Assembly (NCBI GenBank): GCA_040768745.1
Contig: JAXGMI010000002.1
Span: 512,001 to 576,000 of the forward strand
From: Desulfomicrobium sp.
Lineage (GTDB): Bacteria; Desulfobacterota; Desulfovibrionia; Desulfovibrionales; Desulfomicrobiaceae
Length of the DNA stretch: 64,000 bases
Reading direction: 5' to 3'
The translations under genes and the position numbers were made by a program. Position 1 is the stretch's first letter, and every line of letters begins with the position of its first letter. Under the pieces are notes generated by a model. That model worked only from the letters and a program-made list of their open reading frames with translations. It was not told the DNA's origin and made no database searches. Below are positions 40,151-49,977 of this stretch, in pieces.

Positions 40151-41155
40151 ATGGCCGCGCATACCTCTCTTGATGGGCCCAAAAGCGCCTTCTACTATCG
40201 ATTCTGGATCATCGTCTTTTCCCTGGGCGTCTTCGCCCTCCTGGCCACCCTCTATATTGCAACGAAAAAAGTGGAGTATACGTGGCGGTGGAACCGGGTG
40301 CCCCAATATTTCCTTTACGAGGAAAAAGTGGACATCCGGGCCGAAATGGAAGGAGAAATAGGGACGATCGAGACCCATGGTCAGGATGTGCGCGTGCTCA
40401 TCAGGGGGGGAGACGGCGAAGAAGCCCACATCCTGCCCAAGACTTCGCTCATTCTGGGCCAGGGAGACTACGTCTACCCCGGCGACATCGTCGGATCCTT
40501 CACGCATCTGAAGCCCGGCATCCTGGTCGAAGGGCTGCTGCTCACCCTGGAAGTCAGCTTCCTGGCCATCATTTTCGGCATCGTCCTGGGGCTTTTCGCC
40601 GGCCTGGCCCGCATCTCGAAAAATCCGGCCCTGCGCTGGGGGGCCATCACCTATATCGAATTGATTCGCGGCTCCCCCCTGCTGGTGCAGATTTTTCTAT
40701 GGTACTTTGTCGTCGGCACGGTGATCAACACCATGCTCTCACAATACGGAATGGGGCAGATCTCCCCCCTCTGGTTCGGAGTCATGGCCCTGGCCATCTT
40801 CACTGGCGCCTACACCGCCGAAATCGTCCGCGCCGGAATCCAGTCCGTGCATCGCGGCCAGATGGAAGCAGCCAGATCCCTGGGCATGAGCTACCCCCAG
40901 GCCATGTGCAAGGTCATTCTGCCCCAGGCCTTCAGACGCATCCTGCCACCCCTGGCCGGTCAATTCATCAGTCTGGTCAAAGACTCCTCTTTGTTGGGCG
41001 TCATTTCCATCCGCGAACTGACCAAGGCCTCACGGGAAGTCGTGACATCTTCCCTGCAGCCTTTCGAGATCTGGATCGTCTGCGCCATCCTGTATCTGGT
41101 TCTGACCTTTGCGCTGTCCATGTTCGTGCAATATCTCGAACGCAAGGCCATCTGA
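40151..41155 (+). CDS. Polar amino-acid ABC transporter permease
   Basis: [32 protein letters not shown]. Confidence 0.93.
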   Translation: MAAHTSLDGPKSAFYYRFWIIVFSLGVFALLATLYIATKKVEYTWRWNRVPQYFLYEEKVDIRAEMEGEIGTIETHGQDVRVLIRGGDGEEAHILPKTSLILGQGDYVYPGDIVGSFTHLKPGILVEGLLLTLEVSFLAIIFGIVLGLFAGLARISKNPALRWGAITYIELIRGSPLLVQIFLWYFVVGTVINTMLSQYGMGQISPLWFGVMALAIFTGAYTAEIVRAGIQSVHRGQMEAARSLGMSYPQAMCKVILPQAFRRILPPLAGQFISLVKDSSLLGVISIRELTKASREVVTSSLQPFEIWIVCAILYLVLTFALSMFVQYLERKAI

Positions 41156-41162
41156 GGACATC

Positions 41163-41909
41163 ATGCACCCAACCCCCATCATCGACGTCCAGCACATCGA
41201 CAAATTCTATTACACCCCCGCCCGGCTGCAGGCCCTGAACCGCGTGTCCTGCGCCGTGGCCACCGGCGAGGTTGTGGTCATCATCGGGCCCTCTGGCTCC
41301 GGAAAATCGACCTTCCTGCGCTGCCTGAACCGGCTCGAGTACGCCGACTCCGGCCACATCATCATCGACGGCGTAGACATTCTCGACCCCAAGTGCGATA
41401 TCAACGCTGTCCGGGCAGAAGTGGGCATGGTCTTCCAATCATTCAATCTCTTTCCGCACAAGACCGTGCTGGACAACCTGACCATGGCCCAGATGACTGT
41501 GCGCCGCCGCTCCAGGCGTGAAGCCGAGGCAAAAGCCATGGCCCTGCTGGAAAAAGTGGGCATCGCGGACAAGTTCGCAGTCAAGCCGGACCAGCTTTCC
41601 GGGGGCCAGCAGCAGCGCGTGGCCATTGCCCGCTCCCTGGCCATGGACCCCAAGATCATGCTCTTCGACGAACCCACTTCCGCCCTGGACCCGGAAATGG
41701 TCGGCGAAGTCCTGGATGTCATGAAAAATCTTGCGCGCGAAGGCATGACCATGGTCGTGGTCACTCACGAAATGGGCTTTGCCCGCGAGGTGGCGGACCG
41801 GGTGCTGTTTATGGACAAGGGGGAAATCCTGGAACAGGGCGAACCGGATCACTTCTTCACCGCTCCCTCGCACGAACGGACCAGGGAGTTTCTGGGACAG
41901 ATTCTGTGA
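41163..41909 (+). CDS. Polar amino-acid ABC transporter ATPase (GlnQ-like)
   Basis: [35 protein letters not shown]. Confidence 0.95.
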   Translation: MHPTPIIDVQHIDKFYYTPARLQALNRVSCAVATGEVVVIIGPSGSGKSTFLRCLNRLEYADSGHIIIDGVDILDPKCDINAVRAEVGMVFQSFNLFPHKTVLDNLTMAQMTVRRRSRREAEAKAMALLEKVGIADKFAVKPDQLSGGQQQRVAIARSLAMDPKIMLFDEPTSALDPEMVGEVLDVMKNLAREGMTMVVVTHEMGFAREVADRVLFMDKGEILEQGEPDHFFTAPSHERTREFLGQIL

Positions 41910-41938
41910 CCTTTCAACCCAAACCATGAGGGAAATCC

Positions 41939-42403
41939 ATGAGCAAGGCATTGCAGAACCAGCTCGCGAAAACCATCAAAGACCAGGGAGACATGGCCAG
42001 GGACATGGCCATCGCGGAACTTAAGGATCTGAAAAAAGACCTCCTGGAACTGGAAAAAGCTCTTGCCGCCAAGCAGACCCCGGACCAAGCCAAACTCATG
42101 GATATCACCCACGGTGCCTTCGAACTCTTCCGCACCACATCCATCGTCCTTGAGACGGACAACCTGCTGATTCAGCTCCAGCATGCCGTCGAGGAAGGAA
42201 AGGATCTCGAATATCTCGAAAAAAAAGGAGCCATGCTGCTGACAAAACCCGAAGGCTGGCACTGGTTCACACCCAAGGGCGAAATGCTCTTCCTGGCCAA
42301 TCCGGGAGAAACGCGCCTGGCAGCCCAAAAACTTTACGAACGATTGACCCGCAAGGTCCCGTCCAAGCCAACTGCGAAACAGGACGAAGCCAGCTCCACC
42401 TAG
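41939..42403 (+). CDS. Hypothetical protein
   Basis: GAGGGA RBS, coiled-coil-like N-terminus, coding codon bias. Confidence 0.75.
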   Translation: MSKALQNQLAKTIKDQGDMARDMAIAELKDLKKDLLELEKALAAKQTPDQAKLMDITHGAFELFRTTSIVLETDNLLIQLQHAVEEGKDLEYLEKKGAMLLTKPEGWHWFTPKGEMLFLANPGETRLAAQKLYERLTRKVPSKPTAKQDEASST

Positions 42404-42468
42404 CTCTTTTCGGCTTCGCCCTGCGCTGCAGGCGAATTTCTGCTGCGCGCTTGCCAGACTGCCCGTAT

Positions 42469-42482
42469 TTGACCTGGATCAA
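42469..42482. promoter_or_regulatory. FNR/HcpR-type Crp-Fnr binding site
   Basis: TTGAC-CTGG-ATCAA, one mismatch to TTGAT-N4-ATCAA, about 60 nt upstream of an Fe-S gene. Confidence 0.7.
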
Positions 42483-42541
42483 AGCGGGCAGTTTCATGTT
42501 GTCCTAGCTCTGATGCACGAAGAACGTACCGGAGGGTCATC

Positions 42542-43345
42542 ATGAAACGTAAGATCATCGAAATTGATGAACAAAAGTGCACTGGCTGTGGTCAGTGCAT
42601 CACTGGATGCGCGGAAGGGGCTCTGGCCATTGTCAACGGCAAGGCCAGAATTGTGAGGGACATGTTTTGTGACGGACTGGGGGCCTGTATCGGTCACTGT
42701 CCGGAGGACGCCCTGCGCATCATCGAGCGCGAGGCAGAGGATTTTGACGAGGAGGCGGCCATGGAGCATGTCCGCCGCATGGGCGGGAGCGGACATCATC
42801 CAACTCCGCACGAGGGATGTCCGTCGAGTCAGGTCCGGGCCATGCAACCTGTCCACGGAGGCTGCCCGTCGGCCGGCATGATGCAGATGACGCCGTGCGA
42901 CAAGGCCAATGTTCCGACGGGCCAGGTCGGTTCGGCCCTGTCCCATTGGCCCGTCCAGATACGGCTTATCCCTCCTCACGCCCCATTCCTGGAGAATGCG
43001 GATCTGCTGATCGCCGGCGACTGCTGTCCTGTGGCGGCACCGGATTTTCACAGCCGGTTTCTGGCCGGGAAAGTGATCATGCTCGGCTGCCCCAAATTCG
43101 ACAATGCCGCAGAGTACGTCGAACGTCTCAGCCAGGTCTTTTCACAGGCCAGGATCAAGAGCATTTCAATTCTGGAAATGGAAGTGCCATGCTGCTCTGG
43201 TCTGTCCCGCATCGTAGGACAAGCGCTGGCCAGGAGTGGTCGGACCATCCCGTGCGCCAGGACCATCGTCTGCCGCGATGGCGCATCTCGCGAAGAGGAA
43301 TTCACGCCGGGCGGCGGGCTTTCCGCCGGCCTCACCCGGATCTGA
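42542..43345 (+). CDS. 4Fe-4S ferredoxin-domain protein
   Basis: CTGCGQC...C, CDGLGAC...CP, then WPVQ, GCPK, MEVPCC. Confidence 0.9.
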   Translation: MKRKIIEIDEQKCTGCGQCITGCAEGALAIVNGKARIVRDMFCDGLGACIGHCPEDALRIIEREAEDFDEEAAMEHVRRMGGSGHHPTPHEGCPSSQVRAMQPVHGGCPSAGMMQMTPCDKANVPTGQVGSALSHWPVQIRLIPPHAPFLENADLLIAGDCCPVAAPDFHSRFLAGKVIMLGCPKFDNAAEYVERLSQVFSQARIKSISILEMEVPCCSGLSRIVGQALARSGRTIPCARTIVCRDGASREEEFTPGGGLSAGLTRI

Positions 43346-43410
43346 TTCCGCTGCCTGTTCCGGGCCACGCACCGTGTGTGGCCCGGTGCTGCGGCTCCCC
43401 CTGCCAGCTC

Positions 43411-44376
43411 TCAACCTCTCAGTGGATCCCGGCTTTCCTCATCCCCCTGCTCTGCATTGCCGTCCGCCTCTTCAAGGTCAGCCGTCCCCCGGCGGAGAGC
43501 CGGCCTTGCCTGGCTCAACAAAACTCCCGTAAAAATCAAGGCCACTCCGAAGAGCTGGATTTGATTCAAGCTCTCGCCCAGCCAGGCCCATCCCAGTAAC
43601 ATGGAAAAAACCGGGATGAGATTGACAAAGGCAGATGCCTGCCATGCTGGCAACTTGCTGATGCCGAAGTTATAAAATCCATATGCGCCAATGCTGATGC
43701 ACGTGCCCAGATACAGGACAGCCAGGGACGGGCCCACCGGAAAGGTTGCGGGAAGGGTCGTGGTGGGCAGAAACAGAATCGGCAGGAAAAAAAACGTGCC
43801 CACCAGGGACTGCAGCGCTGTCAGAAACCAAGGTGAGTAGGTGGCACACAGCTTCTTCATGCTGACAGTGTACCCTGCAGCACAGACCATCGCCAACACT
43901 TCCAGAAAGTTGCCCAGCATCGGAAAGGGGGCTTCTTCAGTGGCCGAGCCGCTGAAACTGACCCATGCCACTCCGCCCAGAGCCAGAGCCAAGCCAAGCC
44001 AGGACAATCTGGTCAACCGTTCTCCAAGAAAGAACCCAGAGCACACGGCCACCAGCAACGGCAGCGTGGCTGCAACCACACCCGCCTGGGAAGCCGAGGT
44101 GTAGCGCATGGCCTGTCCCTCAAATATGAAGTACATGCACGGCTCGCACAAGGTCATGAACAACATGGCCCACAGGTCCTGCCGGCGCAAACGATGGGGC
44201 CTCCATCTTCTCCAGGCGAGCAGAAACAGGCCGGCGGAGATGGCCATGCGGGCAAATACAATGGCCATCGGATCAAAGGCCATCACCGCATACTTGAAGG
44301 CCACGAAAGAGCTGCCCCATAACATCATGGCCGCAAGGAGGGCAAAATATGGCAAGAAAGAGAAGAATATCACCAA
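43411..44376 (-). CDS. DMT/EamA family transporter
   Basis: LWGSSF..K, two EamA repeats, GE.L motifs. Confidence 0.9.
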   Translation of the reverse strand: MVIFFSFLPYFALLAAMMLWGSSFVAFKYAVMAFDPMAIVFARMAISAGLFLLAWRRWRPHRLRRQDLWAMLFMTLCEPCMYFIFEGQAMRYTSASQAGVVAATLPLLVAVCSGFFLGERLTRLSWLGLALALGGVAWVSFSGSATEEAPFPMLGNFLEVLAMVCAAGYTVSMKKLCATYSPWFLTALQSLVGTFFFLPILFLPTTTLPATFPVGPSLAVLYLGTCISIGAYGFYNFGISKLPAWQASAFVNLIPVFSMLLGWAWLGESLNQIQLFGVALIFTGVLLSQARPALRRGTADLEEADGNAEQGDEESRDPLRG

Positions 44377-44521
44377 TACTCACCAAACCGTGCGGTATTG
44401 CAGCAAATTTCAAAAAAAGCTTGCATGGAACTTCCTCAAAACATAATCACAAAAAAGGGAGAGCTCAAACCATTCACTTCTCAACGCAATAGGCGGATTC
44501 CCGGAAATCCCTCGGCCAGGC

Positions 44522-45985
44522 ATGCACGAATCGTCTTTTGACCATATTCCAACCACTAGCGCCGCCTATTTTCTCACGCCGCAACTCGAGGATCTTTTCC
44601 AATCCCTGCTGGCAGAAATTGCACAGTCGCGTCTGCTCAGCTGTGTCGCCGGCTTTCCGCAGTCCGGAAAATCAACATTTCTGGCCCGTCTCTCCACGCT
44701 GCTGGAAGCACATTCCATCCTGCTTCCCTTCACCGGGGAATTGACCCTTTCCAAACACCTCAGCGCCCACCTCTCCCCTCAAGGGCAGAACAAATCCAAT
44801 CTTTCAAAAAGGCTGCAGGAACATAGACACGTGGTCCTGCTTGTCGACAACGCCCACCTGCTCCAAGACTCGGATTTCGCCTTTCTGCACGGACTTTTCA
44901 CACTGGCAAAACAGCTCCGCGCTGTCCTGCAGATTGTCCTGATGGGGAACAGGGAGATTCTGCACAGACTGGCCCGGCCTGACAACCGGACCATTCACAG
45001 CATGATCGGCACCATCTGGAATATGCCCAAACTGACCCGAGAGCAGTCCCTGTCCTATATCAACTTTCTGTTGGATTCAGCCGGCCTCGCCGCAGATCTG
45101 ATACCCTATCCGGAAGTCCTGGTCGAGCAGGCTGCGGGCAGCATAGGCGTTTTGCGCCGGCTGACGGCGGCCAAGACCAAGAATGCCATGGATGAACCGG
45201 CAGAGGATGATGCGGCGGGCAACATGGTGAACCAGGAGGACCACGAACCGAGCCCTGCACCGGCAATGCCCCAGGGCGGGGAGACGCCTGCCCAGACCGT
45301 GGTCAAGACCCCACCCTCGAGGGTGGGATGGATTCTCCTGCTGACCATGGCAGGATTCATCGCCCTTTTTCTGCTCGCCTTTGCGTGGCTGCTCCCGGAA
45401 ACAGGGATCAAGGACTTTCTGCTGGGAGCGGACAGCGCTCCCAGGGCCACGGTGAATGATGCGGAGCTCTCCACACCCCAGGCCATTATCCAGCCTCCGG
45501 GTTCACTGCCGAATGTCGCCAAGACCGTGTTCCGCAAGCGGACCCAGGATGGTCCATACTCGCTGCAGCTCGGTTCCTATGCCAGCATAGAGGCTCTGGT
45601 CCTGCATCTGCCCCGTTTTGCGGATCTGGGACAGCCGCTCTTCTGGACCCGGGAGGAGGGGCCTCCAGTCCAGTTCGTCCTTTTTGCGGGACGCTTCGAC
45701 GAGTTCAACCAAGCCAGCCAGTTCGGCGTGCACAAAAAAATGGCCGAAGCCACAGTGGTTTTCCGGCCCTTCGTGGCCACAGCGGGGCCCCTGACCGACG
45801 CCCAGCAAATCAGAAACGCGAGTTTCCTGGTCGGGTTGCCAGGGATTCACGACGTGTTTGAACGGGAACTTGTCTCCGGCGTGGAAGTCCAGTTCGCCCT
45901 GGAGCGCACCCGCGAGGAAGCCCTGGCCCGTTGTTCCGAAGCCGAGGCCAAGGGGCTGTCCTGCGCGGTGACCCAATATGAATAG
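44522..45985 (+). CDS. ExeA-like AAA ATPase + TM + SPOR-like domain protein
   Basis: G.PQSGKS, LLVDNAH, LQIVL.G; TM helix; YSLQLGSY. Confidence 0.7.
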   Translation: MHESSFDHIPTTSAAYFLTPQLEDLFQSLLAEIAQSRLLSCVAGFPQSGKSTFLARLSTLLEAHSILLPFTGELTLSKHLSAHLSPQGQNKSNLSKRLQEHRHVVLLVDNAHLLQDSDFAFLHGLFTLAKQLRAVLQIVLMGNREILHRLARPDNRTIHSMIGTIWNMPKLTREQSLSYINFLLDSAGLAADLIPYPEVLVEQAAGSIGVLRRLTAAKTKNAMDEPAEDDAAGNMVNQEDHEPSPAPAMPQGGETPAQTVVKTPPSRVGWILLLTMAGFIALFLLAFAWLLPETGIKDFLLGADSAPRATVNDAELSTPQAIIQPPGSLPNVAKTVFRKRTQDGPYSLQLGSYASIEALVLHLPRFADLGQPLFWTREEGPPVQFVLFAGRFDEFNQASQFGVHKKMAEATVVFRPFVATAGPLTDAQQIRNASFLVGLPGIHDVFERELVSGVEVQFALERTREEALARCSEAEAKGLSCAVTQYE

Positions 45986-45987
45986 CC

Positions 45988-47280
45988 CTAGGTCCGCAGG
46001 TCCAGAACCCGCTGGGCCTTGCCCTCTGATTTGGGCAGGGAGTTCTGCTCCACCAGGTCGATGCGCGCAGTGATGAGGATCTCGTCGCGCAGTTTCGCAC
46101 TGATCCGATTCTGCAATCCCTTGAGTTCGCGCATGTCCTCGACAAAAAATTCATCCTTGACCTCGACCTTGACCCGCATCTGGTCCAGATAGCCCTCGCG
46201 CTCCAGCACGATGAGGTAGTTCTGTCCCACTTCAGGGATGCTCATCAGCACGTTTTCGACCTGCATGGGGTAGATATTCACGCCCTTGATGATGATCATG
46301 TCGTCGGCACGTCCCAGAATCCGGTCCAGACGGCGGTGTCGGCGTCCACAAGGGCAGTCGCCCTGCACAAAGCGGGTCAGATCCTTGGTCCGATAGCGGA
46401 TGAGTGGCATGCCCTCACGGCACAAGGTGGTGATGACCAGCTCCCCGACCTCTCCCTCGGGCACATGCTCCCCTGTTTCCGGATTAACGATTTCAGGGAG
46501 ATACGCATCCTCCCAGATATGCATGCCGTTTTGTTCCAGACACTCGAAAGCCACGCCAGGACCGTTCATCTCCGACAGACCATAGGAATTGTAGGCCTTC
46601 AGCCCGTACACCTCCTCGATGCGACGGCGCATGGCCTCCGTGTGCGGCTCGGCCCCAATAAGGGCAACACGCAGATTGAGCTTGTCCCGTGTGTATCCCA
46701 GCTCTTCTTTCACCGTGCTCAGGTGCAGGGCATAGGACGGGATGATGTGGACGACTGAGACCTGAAAATCCTGCAGCAGCTTGAGTTGACGCTTTGAATT
46801 TCCCGCTCCGGCCGGAATGGTCAGACAGCCGAGACGCTCCGCTCCGTAATGAATGCCCAGACCACCGGTGAAAAGACCATACCCGGCTATGTTCTGAAAT
46901 GTATCCTCTGGACGCACGCCAACCATATGCATGCAACGGGCCATGAGGTCTGCCCAGCAGTCCACGTCGTTCCGGGTATAGTAGATGACTGTGGCCGAAC
47001 CAGTTGTCCCTGAAGAGGCATGCAGACGGATCATGTCCGTCACGGGCCGGGTCAGCATGCGCGAAGGATAGGCGCTGCGCAGATCATCCTTGGTCGTGAA
47101 GGGGAGCTTGACAACATCCGCTGCGGACTGGATGGCGCTGGGGTCCAGGCCCATCTCCGCGAAGCGATGGGAATAGAATTCTGACCTGGCCGCGCGCTCC
47201 AGCGCGCCCTTCAAACGGATTTTCTGTACGGTATCCAGTTCGCTGCGGGTGAAAAATTCTTCCTGGCAATAGCCTTTCAT
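45988..47280 (-). CDS. paaK: Phenylacetate--CoA ligase family protein
   Basis: LPFTTKDDLR, HASSGTTG, YGLFTGG.G, YGLSE, RYRT.D, GRADDM. Confidence 0.85.
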   Translation of the reverse strand: MKGYCQEEFFTRSELDTVQKIRLKGALERAARSEFYSHRFAEMGLDPSAIQSAADVVKLPFTTKDDLRSAYPSRMLTRPVTDMIRLHASSGTTGSATVIYYTRNDVDCWADLMARCMHMVGVRPEDTFQNIAGYGLFTGGLGIHYGAERLGCLTIPAGAGNSKRQLKLLQDFQVSVVHIIPSYALHLSTVKEELGYTRDKLNLRVALIGAEPHTEAMRRRIEEVYGLKAYNSYGLSEMNGPGVAFECLEQNGMHIWEDAYLPEIVNPETGEHVPEGEVGELVITTLCREGMPLIRYRTKDLTRFVQGDCPCGRRHRRLDRILGRADDMIIIKGVNIYPMQVENVLMSIPEVGQNYLIVLEREGYLDQMRVKVEVKDEFFVEDMRELKGLQNRISAKLRDEILITARIDLVEQNSLPKSEGKAQRVLDLRT

Positions 47281-47322
47281 GACAAACTCCGCCTTGGGTT
47301 GAGGGTGAGCTCCGGCAATGCG

Positions 47323-48771
47323 TTAGAATGCACCGCCATTCTCCGACGGCAGCCCGACTTCCGTCAGATTGTCGAACACGGTGTACTGGCCAAAATAGGC
47401 CAGACGCATGGTCCCTATGGGGCCATTGCGCTGTTTGCCGATAATGATCTCAGCGATATTCTTGTTCGGGTTGTCCTCTGCCTTGTTGTACGCCGCGTCG
47501 CGGTAGATGAAGACGATGACGTCAGCGTCTTGCTCGATGGCACCCGACTCGCGGAGATCCGAGAGCACGGGACGCTTGTCCGAACGTTCCTCGACCTTGC
47601 GGTTGAGCTGGGACAGGGCGATGACCGGGACTTCGAGTTCCTTGGCCAGGGCCTTCAGGTTGCGCGAAATGTCCGAGATTTCCTGCTCGCGTGAATCGCT
47701 GTTCCGGCTGGAACGCATGAGCTGCAGGTAGTCTACGATGATGAGCCCCACGCCCTTGTCGGCCTTGAGCCGTCTGCATCGGGCCCTGATTTCCATGGTG
47801 CTCAGGGCCGGGGTGTCGTCAATATAGATGGGCGCTTTGGACAGATCCTCGGCGGCCTGATAGAGGCGGCTCCAATCCTCGTCGTTCAGATACCCGCTGC
47901 GCAATCGGCTCAGATCGACCCGCCCGTGGCAGCCAAGCATGCGCATCATGAGCTGGTCCATGGACATTTCCAGGGAAAAAACGGCCACAGGCACATCGCT
48001 GTGGATGGCCGCGCGCATGCCCATGTTGAGCGCCAGCGCCGTTTTGCCCATGGACGGTCTGGCGGCCAGAATGATCAGATCGGACTTCTGGAGACCGGCC
48101 GTCATGTGATCGAAATCCGTGTATCCCGTGGGCACCCCGGTGATCAATTCACCCTGCCCGGCACGCAATTCCAGCTGCTCAAAGACGCGGTTGACGAGGT
48201 CCTTGCTGCTGATGAAGGCGGGCTTGCCCTTGGACTCCACAATGGAAAAAATCTGCTGTTCAGCCTGGTCCAGCAGGACCTCTGTCTCCTCCCCGGCCTC
48301 GAAACAGTTGGTCAGGATCTCGGACGAGGTCTGGATCAGCCTGCGGCGCACAGCCTTGTCCCGCACGATGTGGGCGTGAAAGACGGCATTGGCGGCCGAG
48401 GCCACGGACTCGGCAAGGGAAGCCAGATAGACCGTACCGCCCACCTCGTCCAGTTGCCCGCGGCGTTGCAGATGCTCGGCCACGGTGACAAGATCGACGG
48501 GCTCCCGGCGGCGATAGAGCTCCTGGAAGGCCTGAAAAATGATCCGGTGAACAGGGGAATAGAAATCCTCGTCGGAAACCGTGTCCACGAGGGTATGCAG
48601 GATCTCGTTGCGCAGGAAAACCCCACCCAGCACTGCCTGTTCGGCTTCGGTGTTGTGGGGAGGGACCTTGCGCAACAAATCAGAAGAGGCCTTTTGCAAG
48701 GCCTCTTCCGGTTGAACACGAGTTCCGAGGCGCTGCCCGGGGTTACTCCGCGGCTGCTTCTTCGGTTGCAT
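47323..48771 (-). CDS. dnaB: Replicative DNA helicase
   Basis: PPH..EAEQ.VLG, AARPSMGKT, FSLEM, VDYLQL, LSQLNR, DLRESGAIEQDAD, KQRNG. Confidence 0.97.
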   Translation of the reverse strand: MQPKKQPRSNPGQRLGTRVQPEEALQKASSDLLRKVPPHNTEAEQAVLGGVFLRNEILHTLVDTVSDEDFYSPVHRIIFQAFQELYRRREPVDLVTVAEHLQRRGQLDEVGGTVYLASLAESVASAANAVFHAHIVRDKAVRRRLIQTSSEILTNCFEAGEETEVLLDQAEQQIFSIVESKGKPAFISSKDLVNRVFEQLELRAGQGELITGVPTGYTDFDHMTAGLQKSDLIILAARPSMGKTALALNMGMRAAIHSDVPVAVFSLEMSMDQLMMRMLGCHGRVDLSRLRSGYLNDEDWSRLYQAAEDLSKAPIYIDDTPALSTMEIRARCRRLKADKGVGLIIVDYLQLMRSSRNSDSREQEISDISRNLKALAKELEVPVIALSQLNRKVEERSDKRPVLSDLRESGAIEQDADVIVFIYRDAAYNKAEDNPNKNIAEIIIGKQRNGPIGTMRLAYFGQYTVFDNLTEVGLPSENGGAF

Positions 48772-49252
48772 CGGCCTGGGCTACGGCTTGGGTCACCTGC
48801 TCCGCCTGGCCATGTTTGATGACGTTGACGGTCAGCTTGGCCACGACTTCGGGATGGAGTTTCACGTCCACGATGTATTCACCCAGGGATCGGATCCCGT
48901 CCGCCAGCTGGATCTTCCGGCGATCCACCTCCACGCCCTGGTCAGCCAGGATGGAGGCAATCTGGGAGGATGTGACAGAACCATAGAGCTTGTCCCCGTC
49001 GCCGACGCGGACCTCGACAATGACTTTGGCGGCTTCGATCTTGGCTGCCAATCCGGAGGCCTCAGCCCGCAAGGCATCATTCTTGGCCTGCAGTTTACGG
49101 CGTTCCTGTTCGAATACCTTCAGATTGCCGGGAGTCGCCAATGAGGCAAGGCCCTGAGGCAACAGATAATTTCTTCCATAACCAGGTTTGACCGCGACGA
49201 TTTCACCGAGGCGGCCAAGATTGTCCACGTCTGCACGCAAAATGACCTTCAT
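48743..49252 (-). CDS. rplI: 50S ribosomal protein L9
   Basis: MKVIL..DV..LG..G..V.VKPGYGRNYLLP, KLYGSVT. Confidence 0.97.
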   Translation of the reverse strand: MKVILRADVDNLGRLGEIVAVKPGYGRNYLLPQGLASLATPGNLKVFEQERRKLQAKNDALRAEASGLAAKIEAAKVIVEVRVGDGDKLYGSVTSSQIASILADQGVEVDRRKIQLADGIRSLGEYIVDVKLHPEVVAKLTVNVIKHGQAEQVTQAVAQADATEEAAAE

Positions 49253-49263
49253 GACCAACTCTC

Positions 49264-49527
49264 CTAGATTCTAGACTTTTTGAGCACGTCCGTGCTGTGG
49301 GTGGCAGTGTAGAACATCAGCGCCATCTGACGGGCGCGCTTCACTTCACGGGTGATGGCCCGCTGGTGCTTGGCGCAAGTGCCCGTGATCCGGCTGGCGA
49401 TGATCTTGCCGCGGTCGGTCACAAAATCATTCAGCACTTCAGGGTGCTTGTAATTCAATGGGATCTCGGGATTTTCACAGAAACGGCAGTATTTTCTGCG
49501 GGGAGCGAATTTTTTCTTAAAGGACAT
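49264..49527 (-). CDS. rpsR: 30S ribosomal protein S18
   Basis: RRK.CRFC, GKI...RITG.C.KHQR...KRAR. Confidence 0.97.
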   Translation of the reverse strand: MSFKKKFAPRRKYCRFCENPEIPLNYKHPEVLNDFVTDRGKIIASRITGTCAKHQRAITREVKRARQMALMFYTATHSTDVLKKSRI

Positions 49528-49528
49528 G

Positions 49529-49834
49529 TTAGGCCTCCTCGGTATGCTCGGCGAGTCTGACGGTGATGAATTTGAAGATCCCATCGGCTATGCGGACATT
49601 GCGCTCCAATTCCGCCACAGCCTGTCCAGGCATGCTCAATTCCATCCGAACGTACCGACCGCGGTTGAACTTGCGCACCGGGTAGGCGGTATCCTTGACG
49701 CCCCAGTCATCGATCTTCAGAACGGAACCGCCCTCTCGTTCGACAACGGCGCTCAGATTGTTGACGATATCACGGCATTCTTCCATGCCCAGCTCCGGAC
49801 TCAACAGGAGCAATTCCTCGTACCTGGCGATCAT
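49529..49834 (-). CDS. rpsF: 30S ribosomal protein S6
   Basis: RYE...L.P, WG....AYP..K...G.Y; AAGGAGG RBS. Confidence 0.95.
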   Translation of the reverse strand: MIARYEELLLLSPELGMEECRDIVNNLSAVVEREGGSVLKIDDWGVKDTAYPVRKFNRGRYVRMELSMPGQAVAELERNVRIADGIFKFITVRLAEHTEEA

Positions 49835-49841
49835 GTGTGAT

Positions 49842-49888
49842 CCTCCTTGTGGATGATAGCCCACCCGCACCATGGGGCGAGCAAGGAA
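49842..49888 (-). promoter_or_regulatory. S6:S18 ribosomal-protein leader RNA
   Basis: TTCCTTG-[CTCGCCCC..GGGTGGG]-..CCAC-AAGGAGG: an anti-SD stem, an inner hairpin and an unpaired CCR-type motif upstream of rpsF. Confidence 0.75.
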
Positions 49889-49977
49889 ATGAGGATCGTT
49901 ATTCCCATCCCTCAATGCTGTCAAGGATGCCGTCCTGTGTACTTGAAGAAGGTCAGAATTGCGCTTACATCTCCGCC

